A DNA stretch of 64,000 nucleotides from Rickettsiales bacterium (lineage in GTDB: Bacteria > Pseudomonadota > Alphaproteobacteria > Rickettsiales > UBA3002): assembly GCA_037968615.1 (NCBI GenBank), contig JBBKVX010000061.1, positions 25,126-89,125 of the forward strand, given 5' to 3'. The position numbers and the translations under genes are program-made. Positions 27,343-37,470 of the stretch are shown piece by piece (position 1 is the stretch's first letter; every line of letters begins with the position of its first letter). The notes under the pieces are model-generated. The model was not told the origin of the DNA, searched no databases, and saw nothing but the letters and a program-made list of their open reading frames with translations.

Positions 27343-28116
27343 ATGCGTAATCAACCTCGTTACCGTCTTGCGACTGCAGAAACGCTGGCTTCGGGCATCC
27401 AACTGAAGCTTTCGGGCAACGCTGCGCATTATCTTGGCCATGTGTTGCGGCTGAAGCCCGGCGCGCGGCTGGCCCTGTTCAACGGGCGCGACGGCGAATA
27501 CGCCGCCAGCATCGGCATGGTCGGCAAGAAAGAATTGGACGTCATGGTGGAGGAGCAACTGCGCGCACCCTCGGCGGACACAGGGCTCACTGTGTGTTTC
27601 GCGCCCATCAAGGGCGGCCGCATGGAGACCATTGTTGAGAAGGCCACCGAGCTGGGGGCCGATGTGCTGCAGCCCGTGCTCACCCAGCGCAGTGTGGTCG
27701 ATAAGGTGAATCTCGAACGCGCCGAATCCATTGCTCGCGAGGCCGCCGAACAATGCGAACGCACCAGCTGGCCCGAAATCCGCGAACCGTTGAAACTACT
27801 GAAACTGCTGGGCGACTGGCCCGCCGACCTGCCGCTGATCTACGGCGACGAATCGGGTGCGGGCATCCCCGTCACCACCTTGGCGCAACAGCTGCCTTCC
27901 CCCGCACGTTGGGCGGTGCTGGTGGGCCCGGAGGGCGGGTTCGCGCCCGAAGAGTTCTCCGCACTTAAAAAAGTAAAAAGTGCCTTGGGCGTCGGTTTGG
28001 GCCCACGCATCTTGCGCGCGGACACGGCGGTCATTACATTGTGCGCTGCAACGTTGATGGCGTGGGGTGATTGGCACCACGCGCCACGCTTCACCGGGGG
28101 AGATACCCAAGCATGA
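27343..28116 (+). CDS. rsmE: 16S rRNA (uracil1498-N3)-methyltransferase RsmE
   Basis: 257 aa. HYLGHVLRLKPG N-terminal PUA-like region and VLVGPEGGFAPEE..LGPRILRADTA C-terminal SPOUT motif. Confidence 0.8.
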   Translation: MRNQPRYRLATAETLASGIQLKLSGNAAHYLGHVLRLKPGARLALFNGRDGEYAASIGMVGKKELDVMVEEQLRAPSADTGLTVCFAPIKGGRMETIVEKATELGADVLQPVLTQRSVVDKVNLERAESIAREAAEQCERTSWPEIREPLKLLKLLGDWPADLPLIYGDESGAGIPVTTLAQQLPSPARWAVLVGPEGGFAPEEFSALKKVKSALGVGLGPRILRADTAVITLCAATLMAWGDWHHAPRFTGGDTQA

Positions 28117-29390
28117 CCACCGTCGCCTTCGCCGCTCCCAGCGGCCTGCCCCCCGTGCTCGATCAATTTCGCGCTTTATTCGCCGCGCGCGGCGACGACA
28201 TCGCGCAGTGGGTGGCCACCCGCCGCAAAACGCTCGGCGCACCGTTCTACTCCTCAGTCGATATTCGCCATGCCGGTTTCAAGATGGCGCCGGTCGATAC
28301 CAACCTGTTCCCGGCGGGGTTCAACAACCTCTCCACTGCTGCGCGCGAACGCGCGGCCGAGCGCATCAAAAAGCGCTTGCAGGAATACGACGCCGAAACG
28401 CAGCGCGTGCTTATCGTGCCCGAGAACCACACGCGCAACATCGGCTACATCAACAACCTCACCGCGCTGCGCGACATCCTACGCGCTGCGGGTTGCGAAG
28501 TGGTCATCGGCAGCCTCATCGCCACCGCCGAAGCACCGATCCAAGTGATCAACGGCGAAGGCGAAGTGATCGACGAGGAAATGCTGGTGCGCGCAGGCAG
28601 CACGCTTAAAACCGCCAGTGGCTTCACGCCGCAGCTCATCGTGTTGAACAACGATCTCACCGCGGGCATGCCCGATATGCTGCGCGGCCTGAGTGGCGCG
28701 CAGCCCATCGTGCCGCGCCCGGCGCAAGGCTGGCACCGCCGCCGCAAATCCATTTACTTCGACGCTTACGATGCGCTTGCCCGCGAGTTCGCGCACACGT
28801 TCGCGCTCGATCCCTGGCTGCTCACCACCGAGTTCCATAAATGCGGCATGGTCAATTTCGGTGAAAAGAAAGGCCTCGATTGCGTCGCCATGGGCGTCGA
28901 AAAAGTGCTGCATAAAATTCGCACCCATTACGCGCGTTACGGCATCACGCAGGAACCGTACGTCTACGTCAAATCCGATTCCGGCACCTACGGCATGGGC
29001 ATCATGACCGTGCGTTCGGGCGACGAGGTGATCGACATCAATAAAAAGATCCGCAACAAAATGAACGTGGTGAAGGACGGCGTGCAATCCACCGAAGTCA
29101 TCATTCAAGAGGGCGTGCCCACCGCCGATCTCATCGACGGTGCCCCCGCCGAACCGATGGTGTACGCGGTCGATGGCTTCGCCGTCGGCGGCGCCTACCG
29201 TGTCAATGCCGAGCGCGACGCGCTCAACAACCTCAACGCCACCGGCATGAAATTCGTCGGCATGTGCGACGAAAAAGAAAGCAGCGGCATCTCCGTTCCC
29301 GACTGTAATTTCGGCGCGCTGGGTTTGGTGGCAAGCCTCGCTTCTCTCGCTGCCCGTCGCGAAGAATACGGCGAGCAATACAGCATCTAA
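28113..29390 (+). CDS. gshA: Glutamate--cysteine ligase (GshA-type family)
   Basis: FYSSVDIRHAGFKMAPVDTNLFPAGFNNLS and the overall length match the short proteobacterial GshA family as I recall it. ATGA overlap with rsmE. Confidence 0.7.
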   Translation: MTTVAFAAPSGLPPVLDQFRALFAARGDDIAQWVATRRKTLGAPFYSSVDIRHAGFKMAPVDTNLFPAGFNNLSTAARERAAERIKKRLQEYDAETQRVLIVPENHTRNIGYINNLTALRDILRAAGCEVVIGSLIATAEAPIQVINGEGEVIDEEMLVRAGSTLKTASGFTPQLIVLNNDLTAGMPDMLRGLSGAQPIVPRPAQGWHRRRKSIYFDAYDALAREFAHTFALDPWLLTTEFHKCGMVNFGEKKGLDCVAMGVEKVLHKIRTHYARYGITQEPYVYVKSDSGTYGMGIMTVRSGDEVIDINKKIRNKMNVVKDGVQSTEVIIQEGVPTADLIDGAPAEPMVYAVDGFAVGGAYRVNAERDALNNLNATGMKFVGMCDEKESSGISVPDCNFGALGLVASLASLAARREEYGEQYSI

Positions 29391-29442
29391 CTGGCACTAA
29401 ACTTGCTTCTATGCGTGCGTGTTTTACGTACGGAGAAGTCGC

Positions 29443-29865
29443 ATGCTCATTACCTCAGCCAACCCTTACGCCAGCGCCAGTGCGGCTAGCACGGGGCTAA
29501 ACCCCGCCACCATCCGTAAAACCGACAGCGCCTTCGCGGCACTTTTTGCCGAAACCACCCCGGAAGAAATGATCCAAAAGATCACCGAAGGCGGCGTGGA
29601 AGGCATGATGAAATGGAAGATCGATCAAATGAGGAAAGAGGCGGCGGAACAAGCGCTGGCCGCGCGCGGCCTCAGCCTTGCCGATGTCGCCGCGCTGCCG
29701 CCGACCGAGCGCATCGCGCTTGAGAACCAGATCATGGACGAAGTGGCGCAGAAGGTAAAACACGCCATCAACGAACAAATGAAACGCGAACGCCATGCCG
29801 GCCAACTCGATACGTACGATCCGTCGCAATTGAAGGAAGGCCAAAGCGTCGATCTGCTGGCCTAA
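29443..29865 (+). CDS. Hypothetical protein
   Basis: 140 aa, charged and helical. GGAG Shine-Dalgarno sequence 7 nt upstream of the ATG at 29443. No motif recognised. Confidence 0.5.
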   Translation: MLITSANPYASASAASTGLNPATIRKTDSAFAALFAETTPEEMIQKITEGGVEGMMKWKIDQMRKEAAEQALAARGLSLADVAALPPTERIALENQIMDEVAQKVKHAINEQMKRERHAGQLDTYDPSQLKEGQSVDLLA

Positions 29866-31394
29866 GCGGCGTCGAGCCATTTGCCCGTAGGCTGTGTGCG
29901 GTAGCCAAGCGCTTCCGCCAGATGCGTGCGGCTCACCAATTCTGAACCTTCCAAGTCCGCAATGGTTCGTGCAACGCGCATCACGCGGGTGAGGCCGCGC
30001 ATGGAGAGTTGCAAACGGGCATTCGCCTCTTCCAAAAGTTTTCTTCCATCGGCATTCAACGCCACGATGTTCTGCAGCGCGTCGCCACTCACTTCGGCGT
30101 TGGTGCGGGCGGTGATGCCAGCGCGTGCGAAGCGGGCTTGCTGCCGTTGGCGCGCAGCGGCCACGCGGGCGGCAACGGTGGCGGTGGATTCGCCCTCGGC
30201 AGGTGCCAGCATCGCGAACGTATCGACGGCGGGCACATCGACATGCAAATCGATGCGATCGAGCAGCGGGCCGGAAATTTTGCTTTGGTAATCACCCGCG
30301 CAGCGCGGCGCTTTGTTGCAAGCGCGGTTGGCGTCGTCGAGGTAGCCACATTTGCACGGGTTCATCGCCGCGATAAGCTGGAAGCGCGCGGGATACGTGA
30401 CATGCGCTTCAACACGCGCCACGGAAATGCTTCCGGTTTCCAGCGGTTGGCGCAGCGACTCCAGCACCCCGCGCGGATATTCCGGCAGCTCGTCGAGGAA
30501 CAGCACGCCGTGATGCGCCAGCGAAATTTCGCCCGGCACCGCGCGACGCCCGCCACCGACCATGGCGGGCATGGAGCTGGAATGGTGCGGGTCGCGGAAT
30601 GGCCGCGTGCCGCTGAACCCATCCTTCAAAAGCTTGCCCGCTACCGATGCGATGAGATTCGTTTCAAGCATTTCCTCCGGCGCCATATCGGGCAGAATGC
30701 CGGGCAGGCATGCCGCCAACATCGATTTGCCCGAACCGGGCGGGCCGATCATCAGCAGGTTGTGGCCGCCCGCCGCCGCAATTTCCAACGCACGCTTGGC
30801 CACGGCCTGCCCGCGCACTTCCGCGAGGTCGGGGCCCTGAAAGCGTGTCGAGCGCACCCGCGCTTCCGGGCGGCTCATCACCTGCTGGCCCTTGATATGG
30901 TTCACCAGCGCCAGCAGCGAGGAGGGGGCAAGAATGTCGATATGCTCACCCGCGAAAGCGGCTTCCGCCCCATTCTCGGCGGGGCAGATGATGCCTTTGT
31001 TCTGGCTCGCGGCGGCCAGCGCGGCGGGCAGAACCCCCGCCACTGGCTGCAACCGACCATCGAGCGCCACTTCACCCAGCGCTACATATTGCTCCATCGC
31101 GTCGGCGGGAATGAACCCCAGCGCCACCAGCAGGGCCAGCGCGATCGGCACATCGAAATGCGAACCTTCCTTCGCCACATCGGCGGGGGCAAGGTTCACC
31201 AATATGCGTTTGGGAGGCAGCAGAATGCCCATCGATTGCAAGGCCGCCCGCACCCGCTCGCGCGATTCGCGTACGGTATTATCCGGCAGCCCCACAATGG
31301 TAAAGGCGGGCAGCCCCGCCCCCAGATGCACCTGCACCTCGACCGGAAGCGTCTCGATGCCTTGGAAGGCGACGGTGTGAATGCGGCTGACCAT
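29862..31394 (-). CDS. YifB/ComM family Mg-chelatase-like AAA+ ATPase
   Basis: N-terminal Lon-protease-like ChlI domain, Walker A LMIGPPGSGKSM, GVLFLDELPE Walker B, C-terminal Mg_chelatase_C region. Start at 31394 or 31400. Confidence 0.85.
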   Translation of the reverse strand: MVSRIHTVAFQGIETLPVEVQVHLGAGLPAFTIVGLPDNTVRESRERVRAALQSMGILLPPKRILVNLAPADVAKEGSHFDVPIALALLVALGFIPADAMEQYVALGEVALDGRLQPVAGVLPAALAAASQNKGIICPAENGAEAAFAGEHIDILAPSSLLALVNHIKGQQVMSRPEARVRSTRFQGPDLAEVRGQAVAKRALEIAAAGGHNLLMIGPPGSGKSMLAACLPGILPDMAPEEMLETNLIASVAGKLLKDGFSGTRPFRDPHHSSSMPAMVGGGRRAVPGEISLAHHGVLFLDELPEYPRGVLESLRQPLETGSISVARVEAHVTYPARFQLIAAMNPCKCGYLDDANRACNKAPRCAGDYQSKISGPLLDRIDLHVDVPAVDTFAMLAPAEGESTATVAARVAAARQRQQARFARAGITARTNAEVSGDALQNIVALNADGRKLLEEANARLQLSMRGLTRVMRVARTIADLEGSELVSRTHLAEALGYRTQPTGKWLDAA

Positions 31395-31550
31395 AGACAT
31401 AAGAATTATGGAATTTTTCTTGGTTTTTCTAGCTTTTTCTCGTGAGTGGGCGTTCCATACCCATGCCATGCCCGCGATCAGGAAAGAATTGTGCACTAAA
31501 TCGCTATCCTAACGGTTCTATAAGTCTTTCTTAGCGTTTCCTTAACCGGA

Positions 31551-33338
31551 TTGGGGCAGGGTAACGAGACTACCAAAAGGATGCCAAAAGCAAAAATGGA
31601 CGACCTCGCTACAGATACGAAGGTGCCGCTGATTCGCAAAGAATCGATGCGCGCCCGCTCGCCGAAGGCCAAAACGCTGATCGCGTTTTCGGCGCTCATC
31701 ATGCTGTTGTTCTGCGTGTTCGTCGCCTATCAGGCCAGCAAGGCCTACGAGAACGCCGTGGAGGAGGGCAAGGCCAACGCCACCCGCCTCACGCAGATCT
31801 TATCCGATCAGGTCGAGCTCACCTTCCTCGCCGTCGACCTGACGCTGCGTCGGGCGGTGGAGCGGCAATATTTCAACATGCTGTTCGGTGGCAACCTGCC
31901 GCGCGACATCGAGAACAACTTTCGCCTCTGGGTGGAGGAAACCCCGCAGATCGCGGCGCTGATGCTGGTGAACGACCGCGGCGTTATCGAAGTGGCGGCC
32001 AACAAGCCCGGTTACGACCGCTGGTACAATTACAGCGACAATCTGCGCGAGGACCCGGCTTTCACCGCCATGAAGGACGAGAACGACCGCAATTATTACA
32101 TCGGCCAGAAACGCACCAACAACAAAGAGCACCCGCAGCTCATCGTGATGAGCCGCCGCCTGAACAAGCTCGATGGTAGCTTCGGCGGCGTGGTCATGGC
32201 GGCGCTCGATCCCAAATTCTTCAGCGACTTCTTCACCTCCGTCGATGGCGGCACCGAGCGGTTCATGTCACTGATGCTGGATTCCGGCGAGGTGCTCTAT
32301 GCCGGGCCCGACGACGCCACCGACCACGACGTGGTGCTCGATTTCATCGGCGACCAGGCGACCGAACGCAAGGCCAGTTACAACGTGATCACCAACACGC
32401 AGACTTTCAACAGCGCCATCAAAATTTACTCCTATATCAAGCTGCGCAACCTGCCGGTCATCACCGCCATTGTCATCGATGAGGAGGATTTCCTCAGCGG
32501 CTGGCGCAGCGCACGGTTGAAGGATATCTCGTTCCTCGCCATCTTCACCATTTTCGGTTCGGTGCTCAGTTTCTTCGCACTCACCATGGCCAAACAGATC
32601 ATGCGGGTGGAGGAATCCGAATCGGCTGCCATTCTCGCCAGCCAGGCAAAATCCGAGTTCCTTGCCAACATGTCGCACGAGTTGCGCACGCCGCTGAACG
32701 CCGTCATCGGCTTCTCGGAAATGCTGGGCGCGGGCTATTTCGGCCCGATGAACGACAAACAGAAAGAGCGCGTACAGGACATTAATTTATGCGGCACGCA
32801 TTTGCTGCAGCTCATTTCCGACATCCTCGAATTCAGCAAAGGCGAAGCCGGGAAGCTGGAGCTTCAGGAAGAAGAAGTCGACATGAAACGCACCATCGAC
32901 GAATGCGTACGCATCGTCGCCGACCGCGCCAAGGCGAAGCACATCACTGTGGTGGTGGAAGTGGCCGAAGGCCTGCCGAACCTGCTGGCCGACAAACGTA
33001 AGATCCGCCAGATCCTGCTCAACCTGCTCACCAACGCCGCCAAATTTACGCCCAGCCATGGCACCATCACCGTCGCCGCGCGCCTCGATCACCATAAGCA
33101 GATGCATCTGATGGTCACCGACACGGGCATTGGCATCGCCGAGGACGACATCCCCACCGCACTGGCCGTGTTCGGGCAGGTGCATCGCAGCCAGTCGCAC
33201 GAGGGCACGGGCCTCGGCCTTCCGCTGTGCAAAATGTTCGCCGAATTGCATGGCGGCAAACTGCAACTTACCAGTATCGTGGGCGAGGGCACCACCGTGC
33301 GTATCATCTTCCCCGAAAGCCGGATTTACGCGGCTTAG
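31551..33338 (+). CDS. Sensor histidine kinase with a periplasmic Cache-like domain
   Basis: Two TM segments flank a domain of about 270 aa. HisKA H-box SHELRTPLNAVIGFSEML, N-box LLNLLTNAAKF, G-box GTGLGLPLCK. Exact start is uncertain (31551, 31581 or 31596). Confidence 0.85.
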   Translation: MGQGNETTKRMPKAKMDDLATDTKVPLIRKESMRARSPKAKTLIAFSALIMLLFCVFVAYQASKAYENAVEEGKANATRLTQILSDQVELTFLAVDLTLRRAVERQYFNMLFGGNLPRDIENNFRLWVEETPQIAALMLVNDRGVIEVAANKPGYDRWYNYSDNLREDPAFTAMKDENDRNYYIGQKRTNNKEHPQLIVMSRRLNKLDGSFGGVVMAALDPKFFSDFFTSVDGGTERFMSLMLDSGEVLYAGPDDATDHDVVLDFIGDQATERKASYNVITNTQTFNSAIKIYSYIKLRNLPVITAIVIDEEDFLSGWRSARLKDISFLAIFTIFGSVLSFFALTMAKQIMRVEESESAAILASQAKSEFLANMSHELRTPLNAVIGFSEMLGAGYFGPMNDKQKERVQDINLCGTHLLQLISDILEFSKGEAGKLELQEEEVDMKRTIDECVRIVADRAKAKHITVVVEVAEGLPNLLADKRKIRQILLNLLTNAAKFTPSHGTITVAARLDHHKQMHLMVTDTGIGIAEDDIPTALAVFGQVHRSQSHEGTGLGLPLCKMFAELHGGKLQLTSIVGEGTTVRIIFPESRIYAA

Positions 33339-33352
33339 TCCTTGCCCCAACC

Positions 33353-33366
33353 TACTATATATAGTA
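33353..33366. promoter_or_regulatory. Perfect 14-bp AT-rich palindrome upstream of the J-domain gene
   Basis: TACTATATATAGTA lies in the 52-nt gap between the kinase stop and the ATG at 33391. Confidence 0.3.
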
Positions 33367-33390
33367 AGAGCCTAGCCAATAACCCCACTA

Positions 33391-34140
33391 ATGGTAGTTA
33401 TGGCGGCGCGCTTCCAGTACAGCACATCCCAACGCTTTTCCTCGCCCCTAGAGGAGCGCGCCGCACGACAACAGGACATGTACTGGCGCATCCGCGCTAA
33501 AAAAACGCTGGAGCGGCTGGAGCGCGAAGCGCGTCGCATGCTGCAGCTGGAAGCCGAACTCACGCAATTCGCCAGCGGCTATTACGCGCAGGTGGGTAAA
33601 TATGTGGAGCGCCTCACGGATTTGGAGGCGCAATTGCTCACCGCTACGCCGCAGGAAGCGTCGAGCAGCACGATCAACGAAGTGATCGCTCAGGTGGAAA
33701 TGAAAGAGACACGGCAGGTGGAGCTGAAAAGCCGCTACCGGATGCTGGCCAAGGAGATACATCCCGACCGCGCCATGATGGTGGATGGCATGGGCGACCG
33801 CGCCAGCCAAATGCAAACCTTGAACGAGGCCTACCAGCAAGGCGACCTCGCCACCCTGCTGCGCATCGAAGCCGACATGCTGCTCACCGCCGTCGATAAA
33901 TCGCTGCCCGCATTGGAAGAGCGCCTGCGCGCCGTCGAGCGCGCCGCCGATACGTATGCGAGCGGTTACCGTGAGCTGCTGAACTCACCGCTCAACGAAT
34001 TGATGCTGCGCGCCCTAAGCGCCCGCCTCGCCGGATGGGACTGGATGGAAGCCGTGGTCAAACGCGTGCAACGCGCCATCGAATCCAGCGAACGCGCCCT
34101 CGCCGAAGCCAGCATCGCCGCGACAAGCGATTGGCGATAA
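33391..34140 (+). CDS. J-domain-containing protein
   Basis: YRMLAKEIHPDR...LNEAYQQGDL contains the HPD tripeptide in a J-domain-like context. Flanking regions are coiled-coil. Confidence 0.55.
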   Translation: MVVMAARFQYSTSQRFSSPLEERAARQQDMYWRIRAKKTLERLEREARRMLQLEAELTQFASGYYAQVGKYVERLTDLEAQLLTATPQEASSSTINEVIAQVEMKETRQVELKSRYRMLAKEIHPDRAMMVDGMGDRASQMQTLNEAYQQGDLATLLRIEADMLLTAVDKSLPALEERLRAVERAADTYASGYRELLNSPLNELMLRALSARLAGWDWMEAVVKRVQRAIESSERALAEASIAATSDWR

Positions 34141-34170
34141 GCGGCGGGAGCCTGACACACTCGTATTAAA

Positions 34171-35082
34171 TTACGCCGCGTTCTTCGGCGCAGGCAGCGC
34201 CGGTTTGCTGGCGGCAGCCATCACGTGCTGGGTCATTTTCTCCAGAGCACGCGCTTCGATCTGGCGCACGCGCTCGCGGCTGATGCTGTAGCGCTTCGAC
34301 AGTTCTTCCAGCGTGATCGGGTCTTCCGACAAGCGGCGATGCATGATGATGTCTTTTTCGCGTTCGTTCAGCGCGTCCATGGCGTCCATCAGCATTTCGT
34401 GCTTCTGCTGGAACTCCTGATGGTCGCCGAGCGTGGCCTCGTGGGTCTCGCGCGGGTCGGCCAGCAGGTCCATCCACTCGCCGCCTTCACCGTCGCGGGT
34501 GATGGGTGCGTCGAGCCGTTGGTCGCTGGCGCTCATGCGCTGGTCCATGTCCACTACGTCCTGCTCGTTCACGTTCAGTTCGCGAGCGATGGTGCTGATT
34601 TCATCGGGCGTCAATTGCGCGGTGTCGTCCATGCGCTGCAGGCCCTTCTTCACTTTCTTGAGGTTGAAGAACAGACGCTTTTGCGCCGCGCTGGTGCCCA
34701 TTTTCACAAGGCTCCACGAGCGCAGCACGAATTCCTGAATCGACGCGCGAATCCACCACATCGCGTAGGTGGAAAGGCGGAAGCCCTTCTCGGGATCGAA
34801 TTTTTTTACGGCTTGCATCAGGCCGATATTGCCTTCGGAAATCAGCTCGGCAACCGGTAGGCCATAGCCGCGATAGCCCGACGCAATTTTCGCCACGAGG
34901 CGCAAATGCGACGTGACGAGTTTATGCGCGGCTTCGTAATCGCCGTCTTCCGTCCAGCGCTTGGCCAGCATGTATTCTTCGTCGGCGGCGAGGAGGGGGA
35001 ATTTTTGGATTTCCTGCATGTAGCTGCGCAGCCCGGTATCGGCGGACAGGCTAGGGATAGCGATCGCTTTGCGAACGGCCAT
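34171..35082 (-). CDS. rpoH: RNA polymerase sigma-32 (heat-shock sigma factor)
   Basis: Regions 2-4 of the sigma-70 family plus an RpoH-box-like AQKRLFFNLKKVK. Confidence 0.9.
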   Translation of the reverse strand: MAVRKAIAIPSLSADTGLRSYMQEIQKFPLLAADEEYMLAKRWTEDGDYEAAHKLVTSHLRLVAKIASGYRGYGLPVAELISEGNIGLMQAVKKFDPEKGFRLSTYAMWWIRASIQEFVLRSWSLVKMGTSAAQKRLFFNLKKVKKGLQRMDDTAQLTPDEISTIARELNVNEQDVVDMDQRMSASDQRLDAPITRDGEGGEWMDLLADPRETHEATLGDHQEFQQKHEMLMDAMDALNEREKDIIMHRRLSEDPITLEELSKRYSISRERVRQIEARALEKMTQHVMAAASKPALPAPKNAA

Positions 35083-35200
35083 GATGAATACTCCCGTAGT
35101 AACTTTGTTGCGCGAATCGCGCGGTAGCCATGTGACGAAAGAGGCTGAATGCTGCCGTGGTTTTCACGTTGTTCTTGTGCACAGCAATACGGCGAAATGG

Positions 35201-36211
35201 CTATTTTGTCAAGGTAGCGAGGGCTTCCTCAAGCGCCACCATGTCGGCGGGAAGGGGGCATTCAAACAGCATTTCTTCGTTCGTTTCCGGGTGGTTAAGC
35301 ATCAGCTCCGCCGCGTGCAATGCCTGACGATTAAAAGAAAGTAATGCTTCCTTAATGCCGTCGCCGAGGTTCATGCCTTGCGACTTCAAGCGGTTGAGGC
35401 GCGTGGTGGTGGTGGCGCCGTACAGCGCATCGCCTATCAGCGGGCATTTGATATGCGCCATATGCACGCGGATCTGGTGCGTGCGGCCCGTATCCAGCTC
35501 GCAATGAATTTTGGCGGCCAGCGGCGTGATGAAGCCGGGGGCGTTGTAACGCGATTCGGTCTCGTAACGAGTGAGCGCGTAGCGGCCCTTATCCGTCACC
35601 GACATTTGTTTGCGGTGGCGCTGGTGCCGCGCGATGGGCGCTTCCACTTCGCCCATGGTCGGCGAAGGCCCGCTCCAGCAGAACGCAACGTAATGGCGCT
35701 TCAATGTGCGCTCTTTCAACTGCGCGGATAGGTTCTGATGCGCGGCATCGGTTTTCGCCACCACCAGCAGGCCCGACGTGTCCTTGTCGATGCGATGCAC
35801 GATGCCGGGGCGCGCCACGCCGCCAATGCCCGAGAGGCTGTCGCCGCAATGGGCCAGCAGCGCATGCACGAGCGTGCCGGTATGCGCGCCGGGGGCGGGA
35901 TGCACCGTCATGCCCGACGCTTTGTTGATGACGAGGAAATGCTCGTCCTCATACACGATATCGAGATCGATCTTCTCGGCCGTGATGGTCATGGCCTTCA
36001 CTTCCGGCTCGGTGAGCGTGAACTGCTCGCCCACGCGCACCTTGGCGGCGGGGTTCAGAATGACCACGCCGTTGCGCGTCACCATGCTCTGCTCCACCAG
36101 CCGCTGCACATGCGATCGGGTGATCTGCGGCAGCTGCGCGCTGAGGAATTTATCGAGGCGGACGCCGGCGTAGCCGTCATCCACTGTGAAGGCGTGTGGG
36201 GTGCTGCTCAT
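35201..36211 (-). CDS. rluD: 23S rRNA pseudouridine synthase, RluD-like (RluA family)
   Basis: S4 domain (GVRLDKFLS), catalytic motif VHRIDKDTSGLLVVAK. The start ATG at 36211 overlaps the upstream peptidase stop (ATGA). Confidence 0.85.
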   Translation of the reverse strand: MSSTPHAFTVDDGYAGVRLDKFLSAQLPQITRSHVQRLVEQSMVTRNGVVILNPAAKVRVGEQFTLTEPEVKAMTITAEKIDLDIVYEDEHFLVINKASGMTVHPAPGAHTGTLVHALLAHCGDSLSGIGGVARPGIVHRIDKDTSGLLVVAKTDAAHQNLSAQLKERTLKRHYVAFCWSGPSPTMGEVEAPIARHQRHRKQMSVTDKGRYALTRYETESRYNAPGFITPLAAKIHCELDTGRTHQIRVHMAHIKCPLIGDALYGATTTTRLNRLKSQGMNLGDGIKEALLSFNRQALHAAELMLNHPETNEEMLFECPLPADMVALEEALATLTK

Positions 36212-37470
36212 GCGGCGAATTTCTGGGTGAGGGCGGCATTGTTCACGCTGCCCTCCGGCCCAAGCGCCACGATGGTGGGGGTGGCGGCCTGGAAGCAATG
36301 CGCTGCGGCGCGCTGCATATCGGGAATGGTCACTGCATCGAGCATGCCGACGATTTCTTCTGCCGTTTTGTAGCGGCCATAGACCAGCAAATGCCGTGCG
36401 ATCCATTCCGACACCGCGCCGCAATTCTCTCGGGTCATCACCACGCCGGCTTTCAGTTGGTTCTTGGCGCGCAGCAATTCCGCGTCGCTGATGTCGTTCA
36501 GCGCCCCGGCCACTACTTCCTTGATGGCCACGGTCAACTCGCCCAGATGCTCCGCCGTGGTGCCGGCATAAATACCCAGCGTGCCCGTGTCGTTGTATCC
36601 CGTAGCAAAGGCCGAGACCGAATAGGCCAGCCCACGCTTCTCGCGGATCTCTTGGAACAGGCGCGACGACATGCCGCCGCCCAGCACCGTGGCGAACATT
36701 TGCAGCGGGAAATAATCGTCGTGGTGAATGGCAACGCCGGGGTAGCCCACCACCAGTTGCACTTGTTCGAGGTCTTTCTCCTGCGTCTTTTCGCCACCGA
36801 CATAGAACCCGGTCTCTTCTTTATGATCTTCCGGCCCGCGCGCGGCGTCACCGAAGAATTTCTTCGCGATGCTGAGCGTCTCGGCATGGTCGACATGGCC
36901 GGTGCCCACCACCACCATGCGCTGCGGAATATAGTGTTTCGCGGTGTAGGCGATCAGGTCGTCGCGGGTAAAACTTTTCACGCGTTCAGGCGTGCCGAGG
37001 ATGCTGCGGCCCAGCGGTTGCTTGGCGTAGGCGGTTTCCTGGAACAAGTCGAACACCAGATCGTCGGGCGAATCCTGGTGCATGGCGATCTCTTGCAAAA
37101 TCACCTGTCGCTCGCGCTCCAGCTCCTGCTGGTCGAAGGCGAAATCCGACACGATCTCGCATAGCAGTTTCAGCGCGTCGCTGGCGTATTCCTTCAGCAC
37201 CTTGGCGTAGTACACCGTGTGCTCGTGGCTGGTGTAGGCGTTCACGTTGCCGCCCATCAAATCGAATGCTTCGGCGATCTGGCGCGCATTCAAATTGCTG
37301 CTGCCTTTGAAGGCCATATGTTCCAGCAAATGCGACAGCCCGCCTTCGGAAACCGATTCATGCCGCGCGCCCACATCCACCGCGATGGCGAAGGAGGCGC
37401 AATGCGACTCGGCTTGCGATTCACTGGCGATGCGAAGGCCGTTATCCAGCTGCGTTACCTGATAGGTCAT
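36208..37470 (-). CDS. M16 family zinc peptidase (insulinase/processing-protease-like)
   Basis: Inverted zinc motif HLLEHMAFKG (HxxEH) and a two-domain length of 420 aa. Confidence 0.85.
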   Translation of the reverse strand: MTYQVTQLDNGLRIASESQAESHCASFAIAVDVGARHESVSEGGLSHLLEHMAFKGSSNLNARQIAEAFDLMGGNVNAYTSHEHTVYYAKVLKEYASDALKLLCEIVSDFAFDQQELERERQVILQEIAMHQDSPDDLVFDLFQETAYAKQPLGRSILGTPERVKSFTRDDLIAYTAKHYIPQRMVVVGTGHVDHAETLSIAKKFFGDAARGPEDHKEETGFYVGGEKTQEKDLEQVQLVVGYPGVAIHHDDYFPLQMFATVLGGGMSSRLFQEIREKRGLAYSVSAFATGYNDTGTLGIYAGTTAEHLGELTVAIKEVVAGALNDISDAELLRAKNQLKAGVVMTRENCGAVSEWIARHLLVYGRYKTAEEIVGMLDAVTIPDMQRAAAHCFQAATPTIVALGPEGSVNNAALTQKFAA